This document shows, in pieces, positions 1 to 14,800 of a stretch of 64,000 nucleotides of DNA. Both the position numbers and the translations under genes were made by a program. Positions within the stretch are counted from its first letter, which is position 1. Every line of letters begins with the position of its first letter. The notes beneath the pieces are model-generated. The model was not told the DNA's origin, did no database searches, and saw only the letters and a list, made by a program, of their open reading frames with translations. The stretch comes from Piromyces finnis finn (taxonomy: Eukaryota; Fungi; Neocallimastigomycota), in the NCBI GenBank assembly GCA_002104945.1, contig MCFH01000013.1, positions 620,001 to 684,000 on the forward strand. Direction: 5' to 3'.

Positions 1-878
1 TTTAAAAAAAATGAATGACTTTCAAAGAATTTTTTATAGAGAATCCTTTTCATAAAATATAAGAATACTTTTTTTAATATTAAAAATTTAAAATATATAA
101 TGTATATGTATGGGAATGGGAATACTTTTTTTATATACATAAAACCTATATTTCTTATAATTTAATAGTTATTACTTTTTTTCTTATTTTTTATAAATAC
201 TTGTTTCATTATTCATATGTTATTCTAAATAATAATAATTATTAAGAGTAAATAGAATTGTCAAATAAAAAAAAAAGGAGTTAACCGAAAAGAACCAAAA
301 GAAATATTCTATGTTTAGAATGTTTCCTTTATTTATACAAATTAATAAAAATTAAAATTAAAATTTATTAATTAATTAATTATTAATTAAAGTTCAAAAA
401 AAAATAAATATAAATTAAATTGAAATTTTTTTTTTTTTTATCTATTTTTAATAGTGAAAAAGAAAAAAAGTAAAAACATTTCAAAAAAAACAAAAACTGA
501 AAAAAAAAAAAAAAACATATCTATATTTATTTTATATTATTATTAAAATTCAACTAAAGGCTATAACATTAGCATACTTTTTTTTTTTTTACTTTAAACA
601 TCGAAATATCGAAAATAATATTAAAGTGTATAAATTTATAAATTATATAAATTCAAATTTTAACAAATTTTCTTTTTTTAAACAATAAAATAATAATTAA
701 TAAATAAAAATAATAATAAATAAATAAAAATAAAACAATATATAACAAACAATATATAACATAATATATACATTTCAATTTATCATTTTAATAATATTTT
801 GTATAATTCACAATAATAATTTAATTAGTATTATTCATTTCAAAAATATTATAATAAAAAATAAAAATAAAAATAAAA

Positions 879-2415
879 ATGTCAACCGTTCAATTTCTTA
901 TAGATAAAGCAACAAATAAAAAAAACGTTACTGAAAATTGGGCTACAATTATGGCCATTTGTGATAAAGCTAATTCAAAGTTAGTATATCTATATTAATA
1001 TATAATATTTTAAATTTAAAATAAGAAAAAGAAAAAAGAAAGAAAAAAAAATAATTTTCTAATAATATTTATGTACAATAATATTAATATATGTTTTTTT
1101 AAATAATATTTACATTTCATTTTTCTTAAAATTAAAATATAACCATTAGCGCTAGTGTAACAGTAAACTATTTAAAAAAGAAAATTGTTGATAGTAATAC
1201 TAATGTAAGATACAATTTATATTTTAGTATAAATGATACTTTACATATGTTAAAAATATTATAATTTAAATTTAATTTATAAAAATTTAACATATTAAAT
1301 ATGTTAATAAATTATGCTTATTCATATTCCAAATACTTAATATTGGATGTTTCTCATAATCTTTTTTATAATAACAATATTAATAAAAATATTTCTATGA
1401 ATCTACAATTTTATCATATAATAAAACAATACTATTATTTTATAAAGGTTGTATTATACGCTTTAACTGTAGCAGATGCTTTAGTAAAAAATTGTAATAT
1501 TGATGTTCATAGAGAAATTTCTTCAAGGTTTGTTATATATTAAAATATATCAATAATTCATAAATGTTAATAAATTAATTAATATCTGAACTATATAAAT
1601 ATATTGATAGAGGTTTTTTAGATTTATTGGTTAAACAACTTCAAAATAATGTAATTTCCATTTATTTATAATTATATATATATATATATGACTAGATATT
1701 TATAATAATAAATTTTATTATATTTTATCATCTATAATATATATTTCCAATAGAATGTTCATGAAATTGCCAAACAAAAGATATTATACTATATCAAACA
1801 ATGGAATAATGCTTTTTCAAAAGATCCAACCTTAAGGTAATTCCTAAATTTATACACCTTTTTTTTTATAATTATATGTATTAAATATATATTTTTTAAT
1901 ATTGTTGTTGGCGTCGTTGTTGTTAGTTATTGTAGCGAGGTTTATAACAAACTTAAAAGACAAAGTAGGTTTTTTTTATTCATAAAAATACAATATGTAT
2001 ATCTAGGATTTTTGTATAGTTATTAAATATTTTTATATCTTTTTAAAAAAGACTATTCATTCGAAGAACCAAAAACCGGAAATAATAATAATGATAAAGT
2101 AATTTCATATAAACTTAATATATTTTACAATATAGGAGTTATAATTATTTATTTATTAATTTCAACACATTTATTTTATTAATTTATTAAAAAAGATTAA
2201 ACAAGCAAGATTAAAACAAAAGGAGGAAGAAGACTTACAATTAGCTGTAATTATAAATCAAATACATTTTACTTTTTTATTTATTCAATGGCTTTTTAGT
2301 TTATTAAACTCTAATATTCATATTCATATCTATATTGTTATAATAGTTAGCATTGTCTTTATCCTCAGAAGAATCAAAGAATAATAAAAAGTCATCTGTA
2401 CATATCTTATATTAC

Positions 2416-2476
<61 letters not shown>

Positions 2477-4033
2477 CAAAATATATGCATTATATATTCA
2501 TTTTTATTTATTTATTTATTTATTTATTCATTTTTTTACATCAATTAATTAAATAATATAACAATTAAAGAAAAAGAAAGATGATTCTTCACTTTCATCT
2601 CCAGTCCAACAACAATCTTCTCAACAAAGCAAAGTATTATTTAAAGTTAAAGCATTATATGATTTCTTAGGTAATTATGCTGAAGGTGAATTACCTTTGT
2701 ATTGTGGTGATATTATTAATGTTTATGATACAACCTATAAGGATTGGTGGAAAGGAGAAAATCGTGGAATGGTATATTTAATATATATAACTAATTATAA
2801 AATAGATAAATTTAAAATTTATCATAAATATTCATTGTAGTTGTTAATTACTATTGTTGTTGTTGTTGTTATTATCAAATCTAAAATAATTTTAAATTAA
2901 ATATTAAATTTTAAAATAATAATATTAGGTTGGTATTTTTCCAAATAATTATGTAGAAAAAATACAAGAATCTTCTACTAGTCATCAAGTTGATAATGAA
3001 TATGAATCTCAAGTATTAAATGACGCCCAAAAAATTGATGAATTTATGCAAATTTTATCCAGAGTTGATCCAAAGTCTGAAAACTTATCTGAAAATGATG
3101 AGCTTCAAGTAAGTTTAATTTTTAAGTTCTATAATTTAATATAATTTAATAGTTGTGTAGGTAGATTATAAAATATTTAAAAAAAGAAAAAAAGAAAAAC
3201 TAATAGTAATAATAATTTTTTGTTTTTATTATTATTTTAAAAAAATATACAGAATTTATATAACTCAATATGTACTCTTCGTCCAAAATTAGTAAAATTA
3301 GTTGAATATTATAGTAAAAAAATGGGTAAAAATTATTAATAATAGTTATATATATATATATATATATTTGACAAATAAGTACATAATTTTATGCATATAT
3401 ATATTCTAATTGATTTACGATTTACATATTCCATTTCAATTTTTTTTTTTTTATCACAGAGGAAACTTCTTTACTTTCAACAAAATTTCTTCAAGCTCAA
3501 GAAACATACAGAAGTTTACTTGAACAACAACAACAACAACTTCAACAACAACCTCTTTATGCACAAATTCAACAGCGTATGTTATATCTCTTCTTAATTT
3601 ATTTAAATAATATGAATTGTATTATTTATTATTATTATTAACATTATTTTTTATTATTATTATATAAAATAATATTATTCCAGCATATGCTCCATATATT
3701 CAACAACAACAACCCCAACAACAACAATATATCCCACAACAACCAATACAACAATACATTCCACAACAACCAACAACGGCCTATCCTCTATCAATGCCAG
3801 GAACTCAAGCAACAGAAATGGCACCTTCTCAACCTTCAATTCCAATTACTCCTCCAGGAAAGATTGAATTTGATCCAAGATTGACACAACCACAACAACA
3901 ACCACAACAATCGTTATATATGCAACCATATGCACCAGGCATGGATCCAAATGTTGCTTATCAAGGTATACCCGTTCAATCTTCTGCACCACTACAAATG
4001 CCAAATCCATATGACAATTCACAACTAAATTAA
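879..4033 (+). CDS. HSE1: ESCRT-0 subunit Hse1/STAM (VHS, UIM, SH3, coiled coil, Q/P/Y-rich tail); 14 exons
   Basis: Spliced by hand with consistent phases. ATG 879 gives MSTVQFLIDKATNKKNVTENWATIMAICDK (VHS), then LYALTVADALVKNC, UIM EEEDLQLA|LALSL, SH3 KVKALYDF...DWWKGE...GIFPNNYV (2571-2960), then NLYNSICTLRPKLVKLVEYYSKK. Last exon ends at TAA 4033. Confidence 0.93.
2416..2475. repeat. (TAT)~20 microsatellite in an HSE1 intron
   Basis: Direct reading; it explains the poly-Tyr pseudo-ORF 2353..2556. Confidence 0.95.
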
Positions 4034-4895
4034 TATATTTTTATGAATTCTCATAAATCTTTATTAAATGATGTAAATAAAAAAAAAAAAAAAGGAAAAA
4101 AGAAAAAGAAGATTAAAAAATATGAAAAAACAAAATATTATAATTTATAATTAATAAAAATATGTATTTTTATGATAAAGATTTAATGAATATAAAAAAA
4201 ATAATAATAGTAAAAATAATAATAATAATTCATACATAAAAAACATTGAATTAAAACAATGTTCTTTATGTTTTTAATATCCAGCAATATAATAATATAC
4301 TTTAAAAAAAGGTAGTAATAATAATAATAATAATGAAATAAAATGAAATATAATAGTATAAAAATTAAAATTTCATAAAATGTTTTTCCCACTAATATTT
4401 AGTACGATTAAAAGTGTAAACATAAGTCAAATAAAAAATAATAGTAATAATAATATAATAATATATATAAAATTAAATTTTTATTTTGACTATTTTATAT
4501 TTTTAAATGCCATATTTTTTCCTCATCAGTGAGAACTAAATCTAATTAAAAATTGATAAATTGATATATCAAGTATTAATATTAATCTCGTAGCTAATTT
4601 TTTATACCACTTTTCATCTAGTAAAATATCAAACTGAGTGGGGTTTATTATTTCTCAATTTTTTTTTGAGATTGCAAAATTGTTTGAATTTTTATTAAAT
4701 AAAGCCTGTGTTATTTTAGTATTTATGATGATGTATAGCATTTATTTGTTAATTTTTATGATTTACTTCAATATATAAAACCTGAATATACAAATATTAT
4801 TAAAAATAAAATTACATTAGTGTTTAAAGAACTGATTTAAATTCCCCAAAAATTTATTTTAATAAAAGCTAATTAAAACTTTGTTTAAGTTTTTT

Positions 4896-4948
4896 GTTAC
4901 ACCAATAAAATTAATTATTTTAGTTACACCTAATTATTTTAGTTACAC
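4896..4948 (+). promoter_or_regulatory. Three GTTACAC motifs (two within a 19-bp tandem duplication) upstream of the ABCA start
   Basis: GTTACAC at 4896, 4923 and 4942; TAATTATTTTAGTTACAC at 4912-4929 and 4931-4948. Regulatory function is inferred from position only. Confidence 0.3.
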
Positions 4949-5080
4949 GAGAAGTTTACGTTTCTTTTTTTCTTTAAAATAAAAAAAAAAGTGATTAATT
5001 TTAAACAAAAAAAGAACTTAAGCTGTATTTAAATGAAATATACAAACTGATATTATATACCTATTTTTAAATTTCTAAAA

Positions 5081-8000
5081 ATGGTAAGAATAAAATATAA
5101 ATATTATTAATAGATATATCAATACTTTTTTAAAAAAAAAAAAAAAAAAAGGAATTTATATTAATATAATTCTTATAAAATTTCAATAAATTGTTTATAC
5201 TTTTTTAATTGCTTGAATCAAAGACTCTATTTAATCAAATAAAAACATTAATATGGAAAAATTATTTAACTAAAACATCTGATCCTAATTTTGCTTTTTA
5301 TAAAAATTCTCCTAAAACCAAATTTAAAATAAATAATGATCAATATATATTCATCATTTCGTTAATATTTACAAGTATGTTCATATAAAGATATAAATAT
5401 ATCATTTTATTTTTAAAATTATTAAGTATTCATATAATATATAAATATTTAAAACACATGGAATAAACACATTCTGCTCCATAAATAATTATTAATAGTT
5501 ATTTTATTAATAGTTATTAATAGTTATTTTATTAAATATATATAAATAATAAATATTTATTAATATTTAAATTTCTTTTAATATTTTATTTACTATATAT
5601 TTATCAAAAATTTGTGTCTTTAATAAATATAGCTATTATTTCTTTTACTCTCAAACCAAACACTTATAAAATTGATGATTATCAAAGAGAAGATGTTATT
5701 GGCTTTAAAAATAAGTTTCAAATGTCAATTTATCAAAATTTTAGAGATGAAGACTTTTATATGGGATTTGTTTTTTCAGATAATATTGAAAAAAATGAAA
5801 AGTTACCACAAATGATTATTCAAAATGAAGTATTTAACATGACTAATGTAAAATACGAAATTTTTGAAAATGAAAAGTCATTAGATGAATTTAATGAAAA
5901 TAGTGGGAAAAATCTTTTAGCTGGTATCGTCTTTACTTCAAGCAATAATTCTAGTATTGACTATACAGTTAAAATGAAACATACCTTTGTTCCTAAACCA
6001 TCCTTAAAAGCGATAGTTCCTGTTACTGAATATAATGATAATATTACAGATGCTGATAATTATATTAATTATTTTGTACCAATCCAATTAGCTGTAGATC
6101 AAGCGATCATTCAACAAAAAATAGGATCACCTATTCATTTCTCAACTAAATTTGGTGGTTTAGAAATGAATATAAATAACAGAAAATCAAATATGGCAAT
6201 TTCTATAATTTGTTTTTTGCTCAATACATCAGTATTTATTTTGACAATGACTCTTCCAAAATATATTTTATATGAAAAGGAAACAGGAATTAAAAAGACA
6301 CTTACTTTGATGGGTGTAAAAACATTTTCTTATTACTTTTCTTGGATTGTCATTTATGTCGGATTAATTATAGCTTTTGCCATAGTAATAATGATTGAAG
6401 ATATCCTATTAAGGAATCTTAGTATCGCAAATGGAATATGTAAATGTATATTTCTTATCCTTAATGGATTTTCAACATTAACATTATTATCATTTATATC
6501 CCTATTTTTCAAAAAGACTTCATCTCTCATTAATTTTTTAAATTACTTTATGAGTTTTTATTACTTAATCCTTCTTGAAATTGATATATTTTCCGAAAAT
6601 TCAAATTCTTCTCTCAATTTTTTATTTTTTGAATTAATATTACCTGGCAATGCATTTTCTAAAGCTCTTGTTGATATTCAATACAATAACTATCTTAAAA
6701 TTAATTGTTTAAAAAATTTCTTCTCTAACACTGATCTGATTTATCATGCAGTATGTCTTATCTTGACCATTGCCTTATTTTCTATTCTTATTTATATATT
6801 AGAAAATAAATTAACAGAAGAAAATAAATCAATAGGTTTCAGTGTAAAAAGGTATTTAAAAAAGAATTCAAAAGATTCTACTGAAACATGTTTTCATGAT
6901 GAAAGATATGCTGATGCTATTGAACAAATAGAAACAAATGAGGAAAATGCAGTTGAAATATCAAATATTTTAAAAAAATTTGATAGCTCATTCTACGCTC
7001 TCAATAATATTAATTTTAAAGTTTACAAGAATGAAATTTTTGGAATATTAGGACATAATGGTGCAGGTAAAACTACACTTATTAATATTATGACAGGTTT
7101 AATTAATCCAGATCAGGGTAATTTATACTACAATGGTAAAGATTTCTTTAAAGATAAAATCAATATTCGTAAAGAATTTGGTAAGATTAAATTCTTGATA
7201 ATAATAATAATAATAATAATAACATATATATGATTTATTAGTTTTGAATATTTTAATATTTAATTAAAAAAAATATACTAATTTAAAATTATTAATAAAA
7301 AAAAAAAAAATAGGTATTTGCCCTCAAAATTGTTCGTTATTTGAAAATTTAACTGTTGAACAAAATATCAAGATTTTTGGAAAAATAAAAGAAATTAATC
7401 CTAATGCTATTGATATTTTAAAGGAAGTTGATTTATCTAGTAAAATACATGAAAAAGTTTCGCTTTTAAGTGGTGGTCAAAAGAAAAAATTAAATATTGC
7501 AATTGCATTAATAGGAAATCCAAAATATATTTTCTTAGATGAACCAACTACTGGTTTAGATCCTCTTTCTAGAAGAAAAATATGGGACTTATTAAAAGAA
7601 AAAAAGAATGGTAGAGTTATTTTTTTAACTACTCATTATATGGATGAAGCAGATATTCTTACAGACAGAAAATTAATCTTACATAAAGGTGTTATTCGTT
7701 GTCTCGGTACCAGTATGTTTTTAAAGAAACATTTTAATATTATGTATAATCTTAAGGTTGAAACAGATGATGTATCAAAAACTACAAAAATTATTAAATC
7801 TTATATTCCTGAGGCAATTGAACCAACCATCGATAAAGATGTTAATAATTATATCAAATCTAATGAAAATACTAATGAAAACAGTTATAAATCAATATCT
7901 ATTTTCAAATTACCGATTTCTTCTTCTTCCCATTTTTCTGAATTAATAAATAATTTGGAAAAGTATAAGGAAGTTAACGATACTATTAAGAACTTCTCCA

Positions 8001-10818
8001 TTTCACTTCCTTCTCTAGAAGAATTATTTATTAAATTGTCTATTGAAAATAGTCGAAAAGATGATAATTTAAAAAATAATAATGAAAATAGCTCAAATAA
8101 AAATGATGATTCTGTACTTTTAATTGAAAAAGAGACTAAACTTCCAAATTTGGAAAATTTAAGTAAACCATCAGATAGTAGTATTATTTCAAGTCTTGTA
8201 TCCTTTAAATATAAATTATATTTCAAAGATAAAGGTTTTCTTTTCTGTGCATATGTTTTGCCAATTATTCTATCTATTTTAATCTTTATTTCTATTAAGT
8301 TATTTAATGAAAAAAAAGTAAATGTATTTGAACCAAAAGAAATTTCATATAGTCAAATGTACAAAGATACACTATGGAATTATAATACCAACGAATCTAA
8401 TATTAATATTGATTTATTAAAATACGGATTTGGTGAAAATGTTCATACCTATGACAATCAGACACTTGGGGATAGGATTAAAAAAATGAATCCAAAAGAT
8501 AAATTCTATTCATTATCCATAGTCGGTAACAATACTAATGATATAGACTATTCATTTGATATTACTTATAATAAGACTATGCCATATACACCACCAGCTT
8601 CACTAAATGCCATTTCCAATTCAATTTTACATTCAAAGAATGTTAATGAACAAATTAGAGTATTTACACAACCTTTCAATTATATTAATAACAATAGTAA
8701 TATAATTTCTAGTCTTTTATTTTGTATGATGACTGCTTTTATATTAGTCTTTGGTATATTCAAGTATGCTATTTTAATTGTTCATGAAAAGGAGAATGGA
8801 TTAAAAAAGAAATTACATTTAAATCAAGTAAATAAAAAAAGCTATTGGATATCAGCTTTAATTGTTGATTCATCTATGTACTTTGTTACCTGTTTTTTAA
8901 TTATAATTATAGGTATTATTTTCCATTGTGATGCATTATATCATGGATGGTCTTTGATTTCAATAGTTATCATAGCAATTCTCTGGTAAATATATATACA
9001 TTTGTATTAATTTTTTTAAGATTTTTTTTTTTTATTAACTATATATATATATATATCATTATTATCATTATTTTATTATTATTTTATTACTACTTTATTC
9101 TACAATAAATATATAATTAATTATTTTAACTTTTTTTTTTTTTTCTTATTATTACAATGAATATTATGATAATATCTAGTTCTCTTTCCTCAATTCTTTT
9201 CCAATATGTTATTAGTTTATTCTTTAAATCAGAAATGACCGCATCAACATTAATTCCAATAATTAATATGGTTCTATTTAGTTCAGGATATTCTTTATTC
9301 CTATTCATAAACAACACCATCTTAAATATGAATCCTATTCTATCCCTTAAATCTGCAATATTTGTATTACTCTTTACAATACTTTATCCACCATTTGCCA
9401 TTATTGTTGGTTTTAATCAAATATTCACATTACACTTTTACAATACTATAAGTGGTTTTGAATTATCACTTCAATCCTATTTAAATTTTAAAATTGGTTT
9501 CCTTCCATTATTCATTGCTCTCCTTATTTCAATGTTTATCTACCTTTTATTATTATTAACATTTGATAAGGATAATGCCAGTAAAAATGAAGCAGTTTCC
9601 TTAGATAGTCAACACAATCCAAATATTATGAGTAAAATTGAGGATAGTGAGCTTCTTTTAAAAGAAAATGATGATTTATACAATGAATTGCTTTCTGTAA
9701 AGAAGAATAAGGACACAATGCCTATTAGCATTTTACATTTAGTGAAAGAATTTAATGCCAATGTTACCGATAGAGATGCAAAAAATATATTAAAGAATAA
9801 AATGGTTTATCAATACGGAGAAATTCATCCTTCCTTTTATAACAAAAAGAAAAGTTTAGTAAGAACAATTATTGAGGATGTTACCTTTGGTGTGAAAGAG
9901 AATGAATGTTTTGGTTTATTAGGACCAAATGGTGTAGGAAAATCAACCTTATTAAATACAATAATTAATAATTATTCAATCACTAGTGGTAATATTAATT
10001 TCTATGGTAAAGATGCCTTCCAAACCAAAACTATTCTTGGATATTGTTCACAAGACAACGTTTTATGGAATGAATTAAATATGATAGATCATTTAATTCT
10101 ATTCCTTAGAATTAGAGGTGTTTCTAAAGCAAAGGCAAAAGAATATGCTCTTCAATACATTCATTATTGTCAACTTGAAGAACATAAGAATAAGCCAGTA
10201 AAAAAGCTTAGTGGAGGTACCAGTCGTAAATTATCCCTTTTATTAGCTGTTTGTGGTTATCCAAAACAAATTATTTTAGATGAACCAACCGCTGGTGTAG
10301 ATCCAGCCACTCGTCTTTTTGTTTGGGATATGATTAAAAAAATACGTGATACCACCAGCGGTGGTGGCAGTCATTCTTCTCTAATATTAACAACCCATTC
10401 TATGGAAGAAGCTCAAGAACTTTGTAATCGTCTTACCATTTTAATCAATGGACGATTAGTTTGTATTGGATCACCAGATTATTTAAGAATGAAATATTCC
10501 AATAGTTATATTTTAGAAGTTCAAACTGTCGAACCATCACCCGATAAAATTCATACTATTTTATTTGGGGAAAAAGAAAATGGTGAAAGAAATGAAGAAG
10601 AAGGAGAAGGAGTATTAATGAGTCATCATTATCAATTAGAAAAACTTTCCAACCATCATTATAAATATCATATTGGTATTCAACAAGCCATCGGAACACT
10701 TTTTGAAACCTTAGAAACCGCAAAATCTCAACATGTTATCCTTGATTATACCTTGAGTCAATCTACCCTGGAACAAGTATTTATTAATTTTGTTAAACAA
10801 TTTAATAATGATGAATAA
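5081..10818 (+). CDS. Full-length ABC transporter, subfamily A (TMD-NBD-TMD-NBD); 5 exons
   Basis: Exons approx. 5081-5083, 5224-5374, 5633-7180, 7314-8985, 9180-10818, all in phase. N-terminal TLFNQIKTLIWKNY is typical of ABCA. NBD1: GHNGAGKTT, LSGGQ, IFLDEPTTGLD, TTHYMDEA. NBD2: GPNGVGKST, LSGGT, IILDEPTAGVD, TTHSMEEA. Ends with the ABCA motif SQSTLEQVFI. The start exon is less certain than the rest. Confidence 0.93.
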
Positions 10819-10819
10819 A

Positions 10820-10960
10820 AAAAAAAAAAAAAACTATTAAAAAATCAAATAACAAAGAAGAATTTTTTAACTATAAAAAAAAAAAAAAAAAAAAAAAACT
10901 GTTAAAAAAAAAAACAAAACAAATAATAAGGAAGAATTTTTATCTATAAAAAAAAAAAAA
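10820..10960. repeat. Imperfect ~70-bp tandem duplication just 3' of the ABCA stop
   Basis: An-ACT(A/G)TTAAAAAA...CAAATAA(C/T)AA(A/G)GAAGAATTTTT(TA/AT)..CTATA-An occurs twice. Confidence 0.65.
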
Positions 10961-11811
10961 AAAGAAAAAGAAATTTAATAAAAAAAAAAAAAAATTTATA
11001 TTCATAATAAGTATAAATTAATTTTTTAAAAATAAAATTTAGAATTTAGAATTTAGAAAAATAGGAAATAATAGAAAAAAAAAAAAAAAAAAGGTATAAT
11101 AATAGTAATAAAATAAAAAATAAAAAAATAAAAAATCTGAATAATAAAAGGATTAAAAAAAGAAAAAAAAATTTTTTTTTTCATTTACCTCGTACATATT
11201 TTTGTGTCCTAAAAAAATTTTTTAAGGATCTTTTTAACCATCATTTTTTATAAAAAAAAAAAAAAAAAAAAAAACTGATTATTTTTATATTTTTTTAAGT
11301 ATTGATGATATTTTTTATTATTATTATTATTATTATTTTTATTTTTATTTTTATTTTTATTTTTTTTTTTTTGGAAAAGGGAATTTTTTCGCTTTTGTTT
11401 TTGCTTTTAAATGATATAAAATTTGTATAAATCGCCCATACTACAAATAGATAATAATTTGAATAAAATTTAAATTACAATACGTTAAAAAAATTAATAT
11501 TTACATTTTCTTTTTTTTTTTATTCCTCTTTTATAATTTTTAGATATTTATTAAAACTTAAAATTAGATAGATCGTTTTTTTTTTTTTTTTTTTAATTAT
11601 AAAAGAAAAATAAATTTTTTAAAAATTTATGAAATAAAAAAAAATAATAATAACTATATATAAATGAATAATAAAAGAGGCGAATAAATAATTTTTTTTT
11701 TTTTCATTTTATAGTTATTATTTTTTGATGTTATTTTAGTAATTTTTTCAACTATTTCTTTTTTCTTCTTCTTCTTCTTCTTCTTCACAATTTTTTGTTA
11801 TTGTGTAGATT

Positions 11812-14800
11812 TTACTTTAAATTAATACTAAGATTACTACTAACAGTACTAAGACCATCTAAACTTGCATCATTTTCAAGATTATATAAATAAATATTAT
11901 CTTCGGTAATAGCTAATTCTCCATTTTCTGTTAAATTGGTAAGATTAGCAAGTCCCAAACCAAAACTACCTAAACCAAGTTTACCAGAAAATGATCGATT
12001 ACGTAAATGATTCAAGGATTGAGCACGAGATCTAGCTCGACTACGAGTTCCTTTATGTTTACCCTCAGTCATTGAAAATGGAGATTGACTACATTCAGTA
12101 ACCACTGCAGATCGTATTGGGATTGCACTTTCTAATGAAACCTCTTGTTCTAAAATATTAATATTATTTGGTGAATAAGGTGAAAGTATGGAGATCTCAC
12201 TTTCTAAATCATCATGAGTACTGTTATTTTCAATATCATTTTTTATTTGAGCTTGAATTTTTCGATATTCTTTATCAATCTCCCTTGAAATTTCTTCGGA
12301 ACTTAATGATTTAACTACTTCTTTTTTGGCTTCTTGTTTTTCTTTTTCTTTTTCATCATCTAAACCACTAAAAGTGTTGGAAAGTACTTTTTCTGTAGAT
12401 TCTTGATCTATAGAAACAGATACTCTCTTTTTATGTTTGGTGGAAGGAGGTATTTCTATATAATTAAAGGTATCAATAAATTTTTCATTTTGATTTAAAT
12501 AATGGCTGGAAATTTTATTATCTTTAGTTGTAGATATATTTATTGGACTTTCAACAGTAGATGTCTTTTTTGAATTGGAAGTAGATGGTGTTTCAAAGGA
12601 GGAGGAAGCTTGTACTGCAGATTCTTTAGGAGAGGTAACAGAGGATTCATTTAATAATAAATTAATTGGATTGGTCAATATGGCATCTTCTTCCGGTACC
12701 GAAAGTTTTTCATCCATGATAGTAGAATCATATTTTGATGCCATTAAAAAGTTAGTATCAATGGCGGGTTTAACTAATTGATCATGATCTGATGGTCTTT
12801 CAATGACAACAGTATTAGATAAATGAGAAAAAGTAGAAACTTCATTTTGGGTATATTTATTATCCTTACTATTATTGTTGTTGTTGTTGTTGTTGTTGTT
12901 GTTAGTTTCTTCCGATATTGGATTGATGGCGTTAGTACTATTTACATTTGGAGAAGGATTGGCATTACAAGTAGTTTTATTGACTAGTATTGAATCATTT
13001 TGGATGGCATGAATCAATGAAGATGTATTTACATTTGTCAAATCTAAATTACCTGTATTTTTATCTAATTTATTTGTAACTGGGGCGGCGCTGCTTGAAT
13101 TACCATTTATATTAAAAGATTCATCTTCAAGATGTTCCATATCCTTTAATACAGTTTGATTTTTACTCATAACTTTAATGGTCTTAATAGGAGCAGATGG
13201 ATTAGCAATTTGATGAGCAATTACTCGATTATCATCTTTTATTTCAACTGGAACTTTTTTTGAAATAACTTCTTTCATTTCCCTTACCTTTTCTAAAGGT
13301 AAGGTAGTGATTGGTGAAGCAATAGCATTAAAAACATTGGTATTTTTACTAAATTTAATATCATCTAAGCTTGTTTGATTCATTGCATTATAAACATTTG
13401 TATTTTTATTGAAAAGAGCATGATTTTCAGTGGATTCCTTAGAAATAGAATGCACTGCAATATCAGATGAAAGAGATTTTTTATGATTTGGATGTGTCGA
13501 TGTAAATGATTTTGGTGATGAACTAGCTAATTTTGGTGAAATGGTGCGTATATCATTTCTACAGGAACAACAAGGCATAGCACCACTTGGAGAAAGACAA
13601 CGAATATCATTTTTGCATTTACTACAGAATTTATTATTTCTCTTATCGGCACTACCTTCACTATTATGTCTTTTTTCATAATGATGGACAACTTCATCAA
13701 TAGTATAATTATCGTGGCTTTGATGGTCCTTCTTTTTTATAGAGCTAATAGAATTATTTGAACGTTTTGAAGATAAAGAAGAAGAGCCTTCTGGAGAAGA
13801 GGATAAACGATTAGATTGAATGGAATGCACAGAATGAACAGAGAATGGAGAAGTTGACAATTTTTTATTATTTAAATCCTCGGATAAATTACCATCGATA
13901 ACTTCTTTTATTAATTCATTTTCGATTACTTTTCTATCAGCAACTGAGGCATGAAGAGTAGCAATGGGTATACCATTAGTAATAATTTCGATATTATTTT
14001 GGGGATCGATAAGATCTCCATGAACCAACTTTTTTTCACTAATACCAGAGTTTGTTTTATTGGCTTTACTGTTATTAATATATTTATCACAATAGTCGAC
14101 CGATATGTTTAAATAGTTGTTTATTCTATTTGATTCTTCAAAATCACTTATATTTAAGTGATTAGTTTCATCAAAATCACCGCTAAAATGAAGATTTTTA
14201 CTTTCACGAAGAGATCCCAACAGACCATCACTTGGTTTTTCCTTCAAGTCATTAAAATCTTCAAATGACATAGATTCATTTTCCTTTATAGGAGTAGTGT
14301 TTAATCCATGTCTATGATCATATAAATTCTCACTAGATGGTGAAAATGTTAAAGTGTGATCAAATTGCATGGCTAAGACACTAGATGATAATATATAAGA
14401 AGTTTCTGCCATTTGTTTATGATGATGTTCAAATTCATTGGTGTAGATTGGAATTGAGGTAGGTTTGTGATTTTTTAATTGAGTAGGTGCTAAGTTATTC
14501 ATTGATTTTTCATTCGTTAACGTATTATTTAGTGAATCTCTTGAATAAAAAGGCATATAAAAAGGTTGATTCATATCCGATATACTATCTTCAGAACTAT
14601 CTGAATCATAACTATTCATGCTATCACTACTGCTACGTAAAATTTTATTATGACGTTTACTACTATGAAGAGGAAGTTTATAAATATTTGGATTTAAATT
14701 GGAATTGTTATTCCTAGTCATAAATTTATTGTATAAATCTATTTCTTCCTTTTTTAATTCTTCTGGAAAAGGTGAATCAATAAATTTTATATTCTCGTCG

